A stretch of 64,000 bases of DNA from Octopus vulgaris (lineage: Eukaryota). The position numbers and the translations under genes were made by a program. The stretch spans positions 15,996,001-16,060,000 of the forward strand of contig OX597818.1 in assembly GCA_951406725.2 (NCBI GenBank), read 5' to 3'. This document shows, piece after piece, positions 25,498 to 37,859 of the stretch. Within the stretch, counting starts at the first letter, position 1, and each line of letters begins with the position of its first letter. The notes beneath the pieces are model-generated. The model was not told where the DNA came from. It saw only the letters and a program-made list of their open reading frames with translations, and ran no database searches.

Positions 25498-26529
25498 GCT
25501 ATATCATCATCGTTTAACATCCGCTTTCCATGCTAGCATGGGTTAGACGATTTGACTGAGGGCTGGCGAACCAGGTGGCTGCACCAGGCTCCAATCTTGA
25601 TCTGGCAGAGCTCTGCATACTGAAGGGAAAAGGAATTATTGGACTTCTATCTGCACACAGCCATTACAGATTATTACAAAGGATTTTACCATGGATTTAT
25701 ATTATTTTTTTCAAAATTTTTAGCCCAAGTTTATACCAATAACTTTTTAAATAACATCTTTATCATACGATTTTAAATAGCATTTCTATTGTTCAATTGA
25801 CTACACAGAAATTCACCCTTTTCTATGATGAGTGGATGTACTACCTAATAATGATTATCAATTTTGGATTTCATTTCGAAAGGTAATACCTTCATGAAAC
25901 AAGTGTAAGATATCTCAAACCATTTTTAAAATAACCTTAGTTATACTTTATATATTTATTTATTAATACAATTTTATTATTATAAGGTGCATGGCTCAGT
26001 GGTTAGAGCATCGAGCTTACGATCGTGAGGTTGTGAGTTTGATTCCCGGACCGGGCTGCATGTTGTGTTCTTGAGCAAGACACTTTATTTCACATTGTTC
26101 CAGTTCACTCAGCTGTAGAAATGAGTTGCGACGTCACAGGTACCAAGCTGTATCTGCTGTTGCTTTTCCCTTGGATAACACTGGTAGCATAGAGAGGGGA
26201 GGCCAGTATGCATGGGCGACTTTAATTAAATTCTATGTCTTTGTCCACCTGAAGATTGCTCTGCATTTTAAATTGATGTAATGAATGCATTGTTCAATTA
26301 AATGGAATTGAATGAAACGATTGTATTGCATTACCTCTGGATATCCTTGTTGCTTACTTTGATTTTAATCACCTTATTTTGAAATTGTATGGATAATACC
26401 GTACTAAATTCTGGTGCCTCAACTCAAGTACCATATTCACCTGAATCTATATATATATATATATATATGATGTATGTATGTATGTATGAAGCTAGGTGAT
26501 AGATGAGTGGTTGGTGAGAGCCATACAAG

Positions 26530-27830
26530 CTATGTAGAGGGATGCTGTCAGTAAGGTGAAAATGGGCAACAAGTATAGCAATTAATTCAGTGTACAGGTA
26601 GGAGTTCACCAGGGAACAGTTCTCGACCCCTTCCTGTTTATCATAGTCCTCCAGGCCATAACAGAGGAAATTTAAGACAGGCTGCCTTTGGGAACTCCTC
26701 TATACTGATGACTTTGTTCTTGTAGCTGAATCACTACCAGAGTCTTAGTAAGTAGGAAAACAGAGAAGTCACAAATCTCTTTTGGGAGATGGCCCTGCTC
26801 GATATGTAGAAAAGGTGTAGGTATAAACTCCATGAGGTGTACCTAGTGCAAGCTATGGACACATAAGAAGTGCAGCAGGGTCAGAGGAAGGCTAACAGAG
26901 AAAGTAGGCTTCATATTTGGCAGATGTGTAGGCACAGCACACTAGGAATGTACAAAGGATAGACTTTGTTAAATGTCCTGGGGGATAAGTTTAAGATAGC
27001 TTCTATTACCTAGGTGACCAAATCAGCAGCAGAGGAGGATGCTCTGAGAGCATAGCTGCTAGAATAAGAACGGGTTGGGCAAAGTTCAGAGAGCTGCTAC
27101 CTTTGTTGATAAGGGCCTCTTCCTCTGAGTGAAAAGCAGATTGTATAATGCCTGTGTACCAAACAGCCATGCTACATGCCAGTGAAATATGGGCTATGAT
27201 TGAGAAGAATGTGAAGGCTTGAAAGAAATGAAGCTAGTATGTTCTATTGGATGTGCAATGTCAGTGCATGCGTACAACAGAGTGTGAGTGTCTTAAGAGA
27301 AAGATTGGGTATAAAAGGTATCAGATGTAGTATGCAAGAGAGAAGACTGTGCTGGTATGGCCATGTGATGTGTATGGATGAGGATAACTGCATAAAGAAG
27401 TGCTGATCCCTATCTCTGGAGGAAACTAGTGGAAGAGGTTGACCCAGGGAGATGTGGGATGAGATACAGAAACATGATCTTTGGATGATGGGTTTCACAG
27501 AGACAATGACAAGTGACTAAGACTTCCAGTGATTTACTGTGTTTGAGAAGACACATCAAACTTAGTGAAATCATAGTTGTGACCAGTGCCATTCCGGTGG
27601 CATATAAATGGTACCCATAACGGTGACATGTAAAAGGCACTCATGCCAGTGACACGTAAAAGACATCCAGTACACTCTGTGGAGTGGTTGGCATTAGGAA
27701 GGGCATCCAACCTTAGAAACCAAGTCAAAACAGACTGGAGTCTGGTGCAGCTCTCTGGCTTACCAGTGCTAGTCAAACTATCTAACCTGTGCCAGCATGG
27801 AAAACAAACGCTAAATGATGATGATGATAT
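26530..27830 (+). mobile_element. 5'-truncated RTE (BovB-like) LINE with (GAT)n tail
   Basis: VQVGVHQGTVLDPFLFIIVLQAITEE..ELLYTDDFVLVAES, LCWYGHVM, and a 3'UTR TAGGAAGGGCATCCA..CAGCATGGAAAA..(ATG)n. Confidence 0.85.
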
Positions 27831-27887
27831 ATATATATATATAAACACACACATATATACAATATGAATATAGGCACATATATATAT

Positions 27888-28806
27888 ATCATCATCATTT
27901 AATGTCCGCTTTCCATGCTGGCATGAGTTGGACGGTTTGACTGAGGACTGGCAAGCCAGATGGCTGCACCAGGCTCCAAACTGATCTGGCAGAGTTTCTA
28001 CAGCTGGTTGCCCTTCCTATTGCCAACCACTCCAGGAGTGTAGTGGGTGCTTTTATGTGCGACTGGCACGAGGGCCAGTCAGGTAGTACTGGTGGTAGCC
28101 ATGCTCAAATGGTGTTTTTTATGTGCCCCCTGCACAGGAGCCAGTGCAACAGCACTGTCAACGACCTCGTTCAAATGTTGTTTTTCATGTGCCAGTAATG
28201 TGATGCAGGTAACGATCATGCTCGAACGGTGCTTTTTATGTGTCACTGGCATGGGAGCCAGTCAGCGGCCCTGGCAACGATCACGCTTGGATGGTGCTTT
28301 TAACGACCCACTGTCACAGGTGTCAGTCAGGCAGTTCTGTCATCGGCCACGTCAGCAAATTTGACTTTGATTGTGATTTCACTTGCCTCAACAGGTCTTT
28401 GCAAGCAAAGTTTAGTGTCCAATGAAAGAAAGGTATGCATAAGTAGGCTGGTTACACTGCTGGCATAGGCCACAGGTTATGGTCTCACTTGGCTTGCCAG
28501 GTCTTCTCAAGCACAGCATATTTCCAAGGGTCTCGGTCACTAGTCATTGCCTTGGTGAGACCCTATGTTCAAAGGTCATGCTTCATCACCTCATCTCAGG
28601 TCTTCTTGGGTCTGCCTCTTCCACAGATTCCCTCTACCACTGGGGTGTGACACTTTTTCACACAGCTGTCCTCATCCATTCGCACCCCATGACCATACCA
28701 GCGCAGTCATCTCTCTTGCACACCACATCTGATGCTTCTTAGGTCCATCTTTTTTCTCAAGGTGCTTACACTCTGCTGTGTATGCACACTGACATTACAC
28801 ATCCAA
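27888..28806 (-). mobile_element. RTE LINE 3' end
   Basis: Same 3'UTR and C-terminal coding remnant as 26530-27830, inverted. Further RTE tails at ~5625, 23690, 24135, 25503, 38945, 39810, 49920, 60018 and 61996. Confidence 0.75.
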
Positions 28807-28907
28807 TGAAATCAACCTCTCTGTCTATATATCTATCTTCTTTATAATGTTGGCAAATGAAATGGGGATAAGAATGTACATTGTCTGTTTAATTGAAAAT
28901 TCTATAA

Positions 28908-28993
28908 GTGGCCGAAGATTGCTTGACATTTTAAAACTGATGTAATACTTACAGTGTTTAATAAAATGAAGTAGCATGAAACAATTGTACTGC
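28908..28993 (+). ncRNA. Hammerhead-like motif, CCGA core variant
   Basis: gtgg-CCGAAGA-ttgct..catttta...taaaatg..agcat-GAAAC-aatt-GTA-ctgc. Related decayed copies at ~26245-26326 and ~61105. Confidence 0.5.
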
Positions 28994-29177
28994 TCTACCT
29001 TGTTGCTTATTTTGATTATACACACACACAGGTGTGTGATTCACTGGTGATCTAAATGATTAGGTGTATTAGGTAAGAGCTGTAACGGATTACTAGGGCT
29101 CCAAGGTTATAGCTGTGATGGTAGTTACTGAGCCACTGCAGATTTCTGATATAGTGGATGTATAACTGTTAAAGAGG

Positions 29178-30250
29178 ACAACAAAGATTAAGGCAAAGCA
29201 AACATCTCAAGTCATATACATTATTGTTACTGGAAAAAATTCAAAGTCTTACAGCTAGTTCTGGGATATCCCATTGTATAGGATATTCTGTCATTGGAGA
29301 CAACTAGGGGAAATGAGAGGGGTATAGATTAATGAAATGATGACATAGAGGAAGGGAGTGAAGGAATTTGGAGACGTAGAGAAAAAAGAAGCATAAAAGT
29401 TCACATTTCTACTTTCTGATCTTGTAGAATTAAGTCCTTAGGTGCAATCCTGCGTAAATCCATGTAGGATAAAGTTCTGATAGTGTAAACATCCAGAAAA
29501 AAGATGCGAACATATCAACAGGATGGTAGCAGAGGTGGCTATTAAGTGGTGAAAAGAAAGAAAAGTAAATAAATAGAAAGAGAGGTAGATAGAATGAGGG
29601 GGAAGTTAATGAAAAAATAAGGTATATAAACATATTGTGTCTAAGAATATAGTGTACAAAGATAGCCAAAAAGGTAAGAGAGATGAGGAGGAGGCAGAGG
29701 AGATAACATAAAAAAATAAACAAAATAGAGCAACATAAAATGAATTTAAAGAGAACAGTAGGTGCCAGTGGTATTCTGCTAGTCTATAGGGTTTGAGGAG
29801 GAAATCTAGTAGTAAATACTTGTGTCCATTCTTGCTAAGGTCAGTGGCTGCAGAGCTATTTTTAGCAAAGGGGTTATGGTGTGTAGGTAGTTGTGAATGG
29901 AGAAACTAGTTGAATGTTAAATTATTTAGGAGTAGGAGTTAGAATTTATGCAGGATTTGCACATAAGAACTTATGAACCTATTTCTACAAGATTGGCAAA
30001 TTGAATTGTGAACTTTTATGCTTCTGTTGTTTTTCTCCCTTTCTTCATCTCCTTATTCTTTTACTCCTGTCCTCTATCTTGTCATTTCATTAATCTCTAT
30101 CCTTCTCATTTTCCCTATTTGTCTCCAATGATAGAATATCCCATACTATGCGATATCTCAGACACAGCTGTAAGACTTCGAATTTTTTCCAATAACAATA
30201 ATGTATATGACTTAGATGTTTTCCTTACCTTAACATTTGTTGTCTTCTTT
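29178..30250. repeat. Diverged inverted repeat (arms ~29178-29410 and ~30005-30250) with decayed hammerhead motif
   Basis: gtct-CCAATGA...GACAC-agct-GTA-agac at ~30121-30176, mirrored at ~29246-29301. Confidence 0.6.
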
Positions 30251-30643
30251 AACAATTATATATATATATATATTTCTAAAAATAAACATTGAAAAATGTT
30301 TTGGCATCATTTTTAAAAATAGCCAAGCAACTACTACTGCTGCCCACAGGAACATATATAAAGAACAAAAGACAGTCAGTCAACCACAGTGGAAACACTC
30401 CTGTCACAACCTGGGACTTTGAAGACTGCTTAAATGCAAGAAAATATACTAGTCCCTTAATATTTTATATTCACTATTTCATCTATTCAATCAATACTTC
30501 ATTTCATTTTACTATATATACTATTTATACTATATATTCTATATTTTACAGTAATATTATAAAGAATATAAATATAACATAAAAACCAGAGTTGGAATTT
30601 CTTTGAATAATATATATCCCTCTATACACAATCATACAAACCC

Positions 30644-30674
<31 letters not shown>

Positions 30675-30677
<3 letters not shown>

Positions 30678-31646
30678 ATACAATATGTTACATTACTCGG
30701 TAGTCAAGATAAAACTCTGAGTTTCAGATGCCGAAGTGGAAATCCACAACACCATCTCTTCGGTTATCTGGCTATTTGAAAACGTTATGAAAAAATACCG
30801 TTAAAAATGAAGGGAAATTACTCTGTTATAACTCTGCTTTGCCTGCGTACTTATACATCGCTCGCATTTTTCGTCATAAAAATTATATAAAAATACATAA
30901 AAATATATAAAAATATATAAAATCTTCTTGGGACATAACACAGAAAGCATGTTCTATCCGTTTTCTTTAGGGGACCAAAAACGTAACAGAAATTTAGTCA
31001 CATGTGGGCATGATCCGAAAAGCTCTGTCCTTGTATTTAGACATGTGGTAGGGTCTAAGCTGCTTTTCCAGATAAGCCATCTCTCCATGTCGCATAAACC
31101 GCACCTTCCGCTGCCGTTAGTATAGGGCTTACATCTGGCCAAAATCTTCCATTGTATGTTATAATCGACACCTTTATCTCTTAAAGACCAAATATGATTG
31201 GATAATTGTGTCGCTTTTCTTTTGTTCCAGTGCCTAAAGCTCAAAGTGTGGTTATTGAACCTGGCCTTGAAATTACCCTCTGTCAGGCCCACGTATTTCT
31301 TCGTCGAAATGGTGTCTTTAGTGGTTATAGAGTTTACGGTAGCTTCATATATGATGGTCTTGGACATGCAAGCTCCATTGGCCTTCAATATAGGTAAATA
31401 TTTCCTAGCACTGATAGATAGACATTTTCCAGTTAACCATGCTTATAGGAAACTCTTCAATAGACACAATTTAAAAATTAGTTTTAGTTCAACTACCAAT
31501 TTTAAAAACATAATCAATCATAACATACAAAAAACACAAGAAGAAAACAGCTGTTCATGCAGGAATAAAGAATTGTGCCCGCTAAATGGAGCTTGCATGT
31601 CCAAGACCATCATATATGAAGCTACCGTAAACTCTATAACCACTAA
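30675..31646 (-). mobile_element. Penelope-like retroelement 3' end with inverted 5' segment; GIY-YIG ORF at 30954-31378
   Basis: NGACMSKTIIYEATV..KKYVGLTEGNFKARFNNHTLSF..LSNHIWSL..CGLC..LNTRTELFGSCPH. The upstream part (NIGKYFLALIDRHFP..CSCRNKELCPLNGAC) is on the + strand at 31381-31646. Confidence 0.85.
30707..30769 (-). ncRNA. Hammerhead ribozyme motif (CCGA core) 3' of the Penelope ORF
   Basis: agataa-CCGAAGA-gatg...catct-GAAAC-tcaga-GTT-ttatct, on the same strand and ~185 nt downstream of the GIY-YIG stop codon. Confidence 0.65.
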
Positions 31647-32690
31647 ACCCAGGCTGTTGCAGAAGCTGGTCCTGAAGCGTGATGGCATTGCTGGGATCTT
31701 TGGCACTATGCAGTGTCGTCCCGTTCTAGCATTGGTGTAGCTTACAATGCCAAAATTTGGCACAATTCCTTCCAGGATCTTCCAGACATATATTACTGCA
31801 TACCTCTCCCGTCTTCTCTCCAGGGAGTAGAGTCTTAGCTGTTTCAACCTTTCCCAGTAGCTGAGCTGTTGCAAAGAGATGATCTTCTTTGTGAATCTTC
31901 TCTGGATTGCTTCAAGGTCCGCTGTTAATTTTACACTGGTGGGTGACCATAACTGTGAGCAGTAATCCAGGCGGCTGAGGACAAATGTCCGCCAGAGGAC
32001 CATCATGGTTTCCTTATCTCTGGTTCTGAATGTTCTTAGGATCCACCCAGCCAGTCGTCTGCACTTTGTCGCCATCCTGGTAATGTGCACTTGGAAAGAG
32101 GTATCATCACTCATGTCGATACCCAGGTCCCTCACAGACTTAGGCTCTGGGATTGAAATTCCCTGTGGACCGGTGTATCTTGTAAGTTTAATATTCAGTT
32201 TTGGATGCTGGTAGCACAGGGCCTGGAATTTTTCAGCATTAAACTGCATATTATTATCCTCAGCCCATCTGTAGATTGAGTCCAACTCCTGCTGCAGGTG
32301 TGCAACATCGCTGGGGTTCTGTATTTTCTGCGAGACTTTTGTATCGTCTGCATAGCTGGCCAGAGTGGCTATCCGGGCATATCTGAGAGGGCCACTTTAA
32401 AAAGCAGTGGTCCCAAGACTGTGCCCTATGGAACACCGCTCACTATTTGTGTGTTCATAGAAGTGATTCCATTAACCACTACTGCCTGACTCCTATCTTT
32501 CAGGAAGTCATGTAACCACACTCCAAGTTTTCCATCTATGCCGAAGTCACGCAGTTTGTGGCATATCATACCATGATCCACCTTGTCAAAAGCTTTTGCA
32601 AAATCAAAGTAGATTACATCCACATTTGATTTGTTGAGTAACTGCCTCAACACCCAGTCATAATGTTGTAAGAGCTGGGTCAGGCAGCTC
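31647..32690 (-). mobile_element. CR1-group LINE RT/C-terminal fragment
   Basis: YFDFAKAFDKVDH, SGVP*GTVLGPLLF, YADD, WAEDNNMQFNAEKF, VRDLGI, SRLDYCSQLWSP, LYSLERRRERY. Same family as 17710-18826. Confidence 0.9.
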
Positions 32691-32705
32691 CTACTATATA
32701 TATAT

Positions 32706-33146
32706 ATAAGTAGATGTCGGGATAAGCAAGTTAGGCAGATCAAAATAGAAAGTATATTAAAAACATTGAATACAAAAAATCCCATTGAATACAAAAAATT
32801 TGTTTATGCATAAAAAAGGGTCCAGTTTACACAGAATACAAATGATATAGAGAATTAAAGGGTTTGAAGAAAAGTAATAAAAATCCAACAGCTGTTTCGG
32901 GGGGGGGGGGGCTTGGTGGTCCAAAATAATGATGTTTGTAGATTGATTCCATCGTAGGATTAGGCAAGCTTCCACCTTCAGGGAAGACATCTTACATTCG
33001 AGGTGTTGAAAGAAAGAAATTCAAAGTTTTGTATTCTGTGTAAGTTGGACCTTCTTGTAAATAAACATATACATATGTTGTATTCCAGGTTTTTAACATA
33101 CTTTATATTCTAATCTGCCTAACTTGCATATCTCTACATTTACTTT
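32706..33146. repeat. Diverged inverted repeat with decayed hammerhead-like motif (minus strand, ~32884-32983)
   Basis: GCAAGTTAGGCAGAT pairs with ATCTGCCTAACTTGC. The minus strand has tcc-CTGAAGG...GAAAC-agct-GTT-gga. Confidence 0.55.
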
Positions 33147-33329
33147 TACACCAGCTCAAGTTTAAATCTCCTGAACACTACTAAGTGTATTTATTCTATA
33201 CGGAGAATATCTGATTCTCACCTATGAACTATGTGTGTGTGTGTATAAGTTAATAGAAACGCATACACACATGTATGTAATTATGTGTGTGTGTTTGTGT
33301 GTATACGTTTAATTTTAGTCATCTTCAAT

Positions 33330-33714
33330 TTTAACTGACGATCTCACATAAAGTCACTTGCTAAACAAATACAGCTCCATTACAGTTCGTTTTAAACCGT
33401 ATCCTCTCACTCAATATGTTGGCTTGCATAACATAGTAAAGTCACATTTTATGACCTCACCATAATCCATGGGACAAACTAATTTCTTTCTCTTTTTTTC
33501 CCCCCCTTTTCTCTTCTGATCAGCTGGTCTTTATTGAGCACATGTGCTTATGACGTTAAAAGAGAGGCCGAAGAAAAACGTGAGTCAACAACCTACGTAA
33601 TTTTCCGAAGATTGACGGAGACAAGTATTTTGGTCGTCGTTGAAATTGCGCTGGAATCCCCGTTTTAGTGAGGCGATTCACAGAACTTATGAATTACATT
33701 TGATAAAACAATCT
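33330..33714 (+). promoter_or_regulatory. Putative promoter/5'UTR of the SGPL1-like gene
   Basis: Non-repetitive, CpG-retaining stretch immediately upstream of the candidate ATG exon. Confidence 0.35.
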
Positions 33715-33750
33715 ATGAATATGGCTAGTGAAACGATGAATTTATTAATG
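33715..33750 (+). CDS. SGPL1: Candidate first coding exon of the same gene (MNMASETMNLLM)
   Basis: ATG in unique CpG-retaining sequence, 12 codons, then ATG|GTTCGT phase-0 donor, compatible with the phase-0 start of the 62931 exon. The join is inferred. Confidence 0.5.
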
Positions 33751-34097
33751 GTTCGTATGCTAATTTTTTATTGTTTATTTATTGTTCTTTTTGTGTTACT
33801 TGAATTTCGTAGTAGAAGGAATATACTTGTAACAAGACAAACATACGAAATAGATTTCCAATTAATAACAACAACACCTTATTTTGTATATATGATAACC
33901 CAGTACGAATCTGGGAAGACTATAGTTCGAATGAGTACTCAATACATGTGTTGGCTAGAGTGGGTATGATTATTTACTCTCCTAGTGCCTTTGCTAAAAC
34001 ACACACAGTTTGAATCGATCGTGTATTTATGTCTATCGAACTGTAAACCTTATCCTTAAAAACTCTAAAACTGTCAACATGAACGGGTTCAATAACG

Positions 34098-34146
<49 letters not shown>

Positions 34147-34151
<5 letters not shown>

Positions 34152-34334
34152 AAATTTAAAGGACTGACCGCTAAAAGTGGACGGTCAACATGCTAGATAT
34201 AGACGTCAAATCGCTATTTTCCACGAAGAATGTGTTTATTTGAGAACACATTCTTCGTGGAAAATAGCGATTTGACGTCTATATCTAGCATGTTGACCGT
34301 CCACTTTTAGTGGTCAGTCCTTTACATTTTGTAT
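34147..34334. repeat. Near-perfect palindrome, ~90-bp arms, 8-nt loop
   Basis: AAAGGACTGACCGCTAAAAGTGG..GAAGAATGTGTT-tatttgag-AACACATTCTTC..GGTCAGTCCTTT. Confidence 0.9.
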
Positions 34335-34420
34335 GTAAAAATATTTTAATCTTCGGATTTTTTTAATATGCTAGGCCACTGGTATTAATTGATTAATATC
34401 AATTTCTACCCTTATTCAAT

Positions 34421-34451
<31 letters not shown>

Positions 34452-34860
34452 GATAAATAATCATGATGTTTATCTTGACATCAGGATGCTAACCATCTAA
34501 TCGTAACATTTTAGCATTGAATTTGGTTGTCATCGCGTTAAATATTATTCAGTTCCTTTGTTTTTAACTATACGTGTGTATCGGTGCCGTTAGTCGATTG
34601 CTTTAAAATTTATTGTTTATAATGAGTGGATGTGAACGAAGTTGAATGAACTTTATATATGTGTGTGGGGATAGTAAATAAAATACACCTATATACATAA
34701 AAACAAAGGGAAAAAGCAAAAGTGTACGTTTCGTTCTAACGATAGAATCAATCGAAGTCCGATCAGAATCGTTTGAAGAATGTATTGATAATTAATATAT
34801 CTGATCTTTTCTAAAGAAATAAAATTAAAAACGTTCCATTTAAGACATTTTCCTTTCAGT

Positions 34861-35200
34861 CGGTGGTTCCCAACTATTTTTCTTTGACCCACACGTTTTT
34901 TAGGAAATGTCTAATTTTCGTACTTCATATAAAAGTAGTATCACATTTAATTACGTAAATATTTTCAGCGATCTTTTATTTTTAAGTAATAATACCTAAA
35001 ACCACAGATCACTTTATACAGTATTGTGAAATGCCGAAGTTCTTGGAATGCTTATTAAAAAACAGTTGTTTTAAAAACTTGATTGGTAGTTTTTATTCTG
35101 AGAAGTTATTCTAATAATTATATACTCTTCTTTGTTTTACCCACTGTAATGCTCTTTCGCATCCTCAGTGGGTGCACACACATCAGGTTGGAAACACCAG
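34861..35200. mobile_element. Decayed hAT-like MITE
   Basis: Ends CGGTGGTTCCCAAC / GGTTGGAAACACCAG. Imperfect 8-bp flanks CTTTCAGT/CTTTAAAT. Confidence 0.5.
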
Positions 35201-35412
35201 CTTTAAATGATGTGTGTGTGTGATCTTACTGTAAAGTAAATAAAGCTAGGTCCACCGAAAAATCTCTGAGGTAAATGTTTATATTAGATGTAAATATGCT
35301 TTTGCGCACAACTAACGCGGGCTTCTACGTGCGAATGGCTTCGTAGAAATAACAGCCAAATCTACTTTACCATGATAAAAATAAAAAGGACATGAAATAA
35401 TGTAGTCCGAGT

Positions 35413-35442
<30 letters not shown>

Positions 35443-35443
<1 letters not shown>

Positions 35444-35587
35444 TATTTAAAAGCAGCAGAAATTCAACAAAACTTGTTACTCTGAGTTTCACGTTCCCGT
35501 TCGTCGGACAGTTTTTGTTTGTCCGACGAACGGGAACGTGAAACTCAGAGTAACAAGTTTTGTTGAATTTCTGCTGCTTTTAAATAA
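35443..35587. repeat. Perfect 68-bp-arm palindrome
   Basis: 35443-35510 is the exact reverse complement of 35520-35587, with a 9-nt loop. Confidence 0.9.
35519..35556 (+). ncRNA. Minimal type I hammerhead motif (38 nt, CCGA core)
   Basis: ttgt-CCGACGA-acg(ggaa)cgt-GAAA-ctc(a)gag-TA-acaa. A mirror copy lies on the minus strand at 35474-35510. Confidence 0.65.
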
Positions 35588-35662
35588 AGCATATTACTCT
35601 ACCCCTGGTATTTGAGTACTCTTTTTTTCCACCTTGTTTCACATTTATGTGTTTATATATCC

Positions 35663-35728
<66 letters not shown>

Positions 35729-35795
35729 GATGAGGAATGGCTTTGATAAGTCTACTCGATTTGAGTTGATCTGGGGGCTAAACATTTTCTAAAAA

Positions 35796-35957
35796 GTGTG
35801 TGGCTGTGTAATAAGAAGCTTGCTTCCCAACTACACGGTTCATAGGGTCCAGTCCTATTACGTGGCACCTTGGGCAAGTGTCTTCTATTGACTCGGGTCG
35901 ACCAAGGCTTTGTGAATGGATTTGGTAGACGGTAACTGAAAGAAGACAGTCGAATAC

Positions 35958-36000
<43 letters not shown>

Positions 36001-36426
36001 CACATATACACACACACATATGTATATATGTATATATATACATACACACACACACACATATGTATATACTAGCAGTATCGCCCGGCGTTGCTCAGGTTTG
36101 TAAGGGAAATAACTATAAAGCATCTTTAGAGAGTTATAGCCAAAAAATAGCAAAAAAATGGAAAAAAAATGATCGTAAATTTTTTTTTGAGAGTAAAATA
36201 TAGACAGTCTGTGGTTTGTTTTTTTATTTATGTATTTATCGATTTTTTCAGAACTGGGGAACTTTTCAAAATTTTCGCTGCGTTATATATGACATATGCG
36301 TGTGTAGTTTATCAGAATGAAACGGGTGATCGAGAAAACAGACACACACACACACATATAGAGATATATATATTATATATATATATATATATACATACAC
36401 ACACACACATGTATATATATATATAT

Positions 36427-36462
<36 letters not shown>

Positions 36463-36498
36463 TATTATGTATATATATATATATATATATAAACACAC

Positions 36499-36549
<51 letters not shown>

Positions 36550-36559
36550 CACACACACA

Positions 36560-36598
<39 letters not shown>

Positions 36599-36637
36599 CA
36601 CACACACATGTATATATATATATATATATATATATAA

Positions 36638-36688
<51 letters not shown>

Positions 36689-37077
36689 TATTACAAGTGT
36701 ATATATACTTACTTTTTTTAAGCCCGGTACTTTTTTTATCGAATCCTTTTGCCGAACCGCTAAGTTACGAGGACGTAAACACACCAACATCGGTTGTGAA
36801 TCGCTGGTGGGAGACAAACACACACACACACGTGTCTATATATATATATATATACATACATGCATATGTGTGTGTGTGTGTTTGTCTCCCACCACCACTT
36901 GGCAACCAGTGTTGGTGTGTTTACGTCCTCGTAACTTAGCGGTTTGAAAAAAGTATCGATAGCATAGGTACCGGGCTTTAAAAAAAATAAGTACTAGGCT
37001 CGATTCATTTGACTAAGGATTCTTGAAGGCAGTGCCCCAGCATGGCCGCATTCAAATGACTGAAACAAATAAAGATA
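35796..37077 (+). mobile_element. Family C SINE split by expanded microsatellite and nested insertions
   Basis: The 5' half is at 35796-35955 and the 3' half at ~36880-37077. Confidence 0.65.
36069..36364 (-). mobile_element. Short non-autonomous Helitron
   Basis: Minus-strand 3' end CCTGAGCAACGCCGGG-cgatactg-CTAG|T. The 5' end is A|TC followed by (TG)n. Confidence 0.7.
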
Positions 37078-37366
37078 ACGATTCTCATAGAAATCATAGG
37101 TATCTTAAAGCGCCCTTCATTAATTATTATATAACAGCGAATATCATACTATATAATACCTAATTACTACTCCTGTAAGTGACCAGTTGATATTGTTAAA
37201 TCATATTTATTAAGCTCAAATTAAGTCACCATGAGTGTAATCCCAATTGAACTATTAACCCTTACTGTGTGAGCTTCATTGTTCATAAACGATTTTTTTA
37301 TACCAACCCACTGGTTCTCTGGTACAAACTTACAGTCTTAATCATAACTGATGGAGTGCTCCTCCT

Positions 37367-37442
<76 letters not shown>

Positions 37443-37813
37443 CAGGGAGAGTTTACGAAAAAAACAAAAGACGAAGACAGGTGATGTACAAAACAAACAG
37501 ATGTATTAGTATAATGCTCAGGAATAGAAAAAGGATTTTACGTTTCGAGCCTATGCTCTTCTACAGAAAGGGACACAGAAAAAATTTACATCTAATATAT
37601 GTATATATATATATAGAACGCCATGGTAGACCGTTAGCTCCTACACGCATTTTTTTCTCTCCTTGTTTTTTTCTGTGTATCTTTCTGTCGAAGAGCGTAG
37701 GCTCAAAATGTAAAAGACTTGTTCTATTTCTATTCCTGAGCGCCATACTAATACATTTGTTTGTTTGTACTCCACCTGCCTTCGTCTTTTGTTTATTTTT
37801 ATAAACCTTCCCG

Positions 37814-37816
<3 letters not shown>
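37443..37816. repeat. Foldback element (arms ~37443-37585 and ~37666-37816); partial copy at ~6020-6108
   Basis: AAAAGACGAAG..ATGTATTAGTAT..GCTCAGGAATAGAAA pairs with its reverse complement. Confidence 0.75.
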
Positions 37817-37858
<42 letters not shown>

Positions 37859-37859
37859 A

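Noticed and set aside
31198-32285. 180-aa and 255-aa ORFs as novel fusion proteins
   Set aside because: They are by-products of the Penelope inversion and the CR1 junction, with no evidence of an independent gene.
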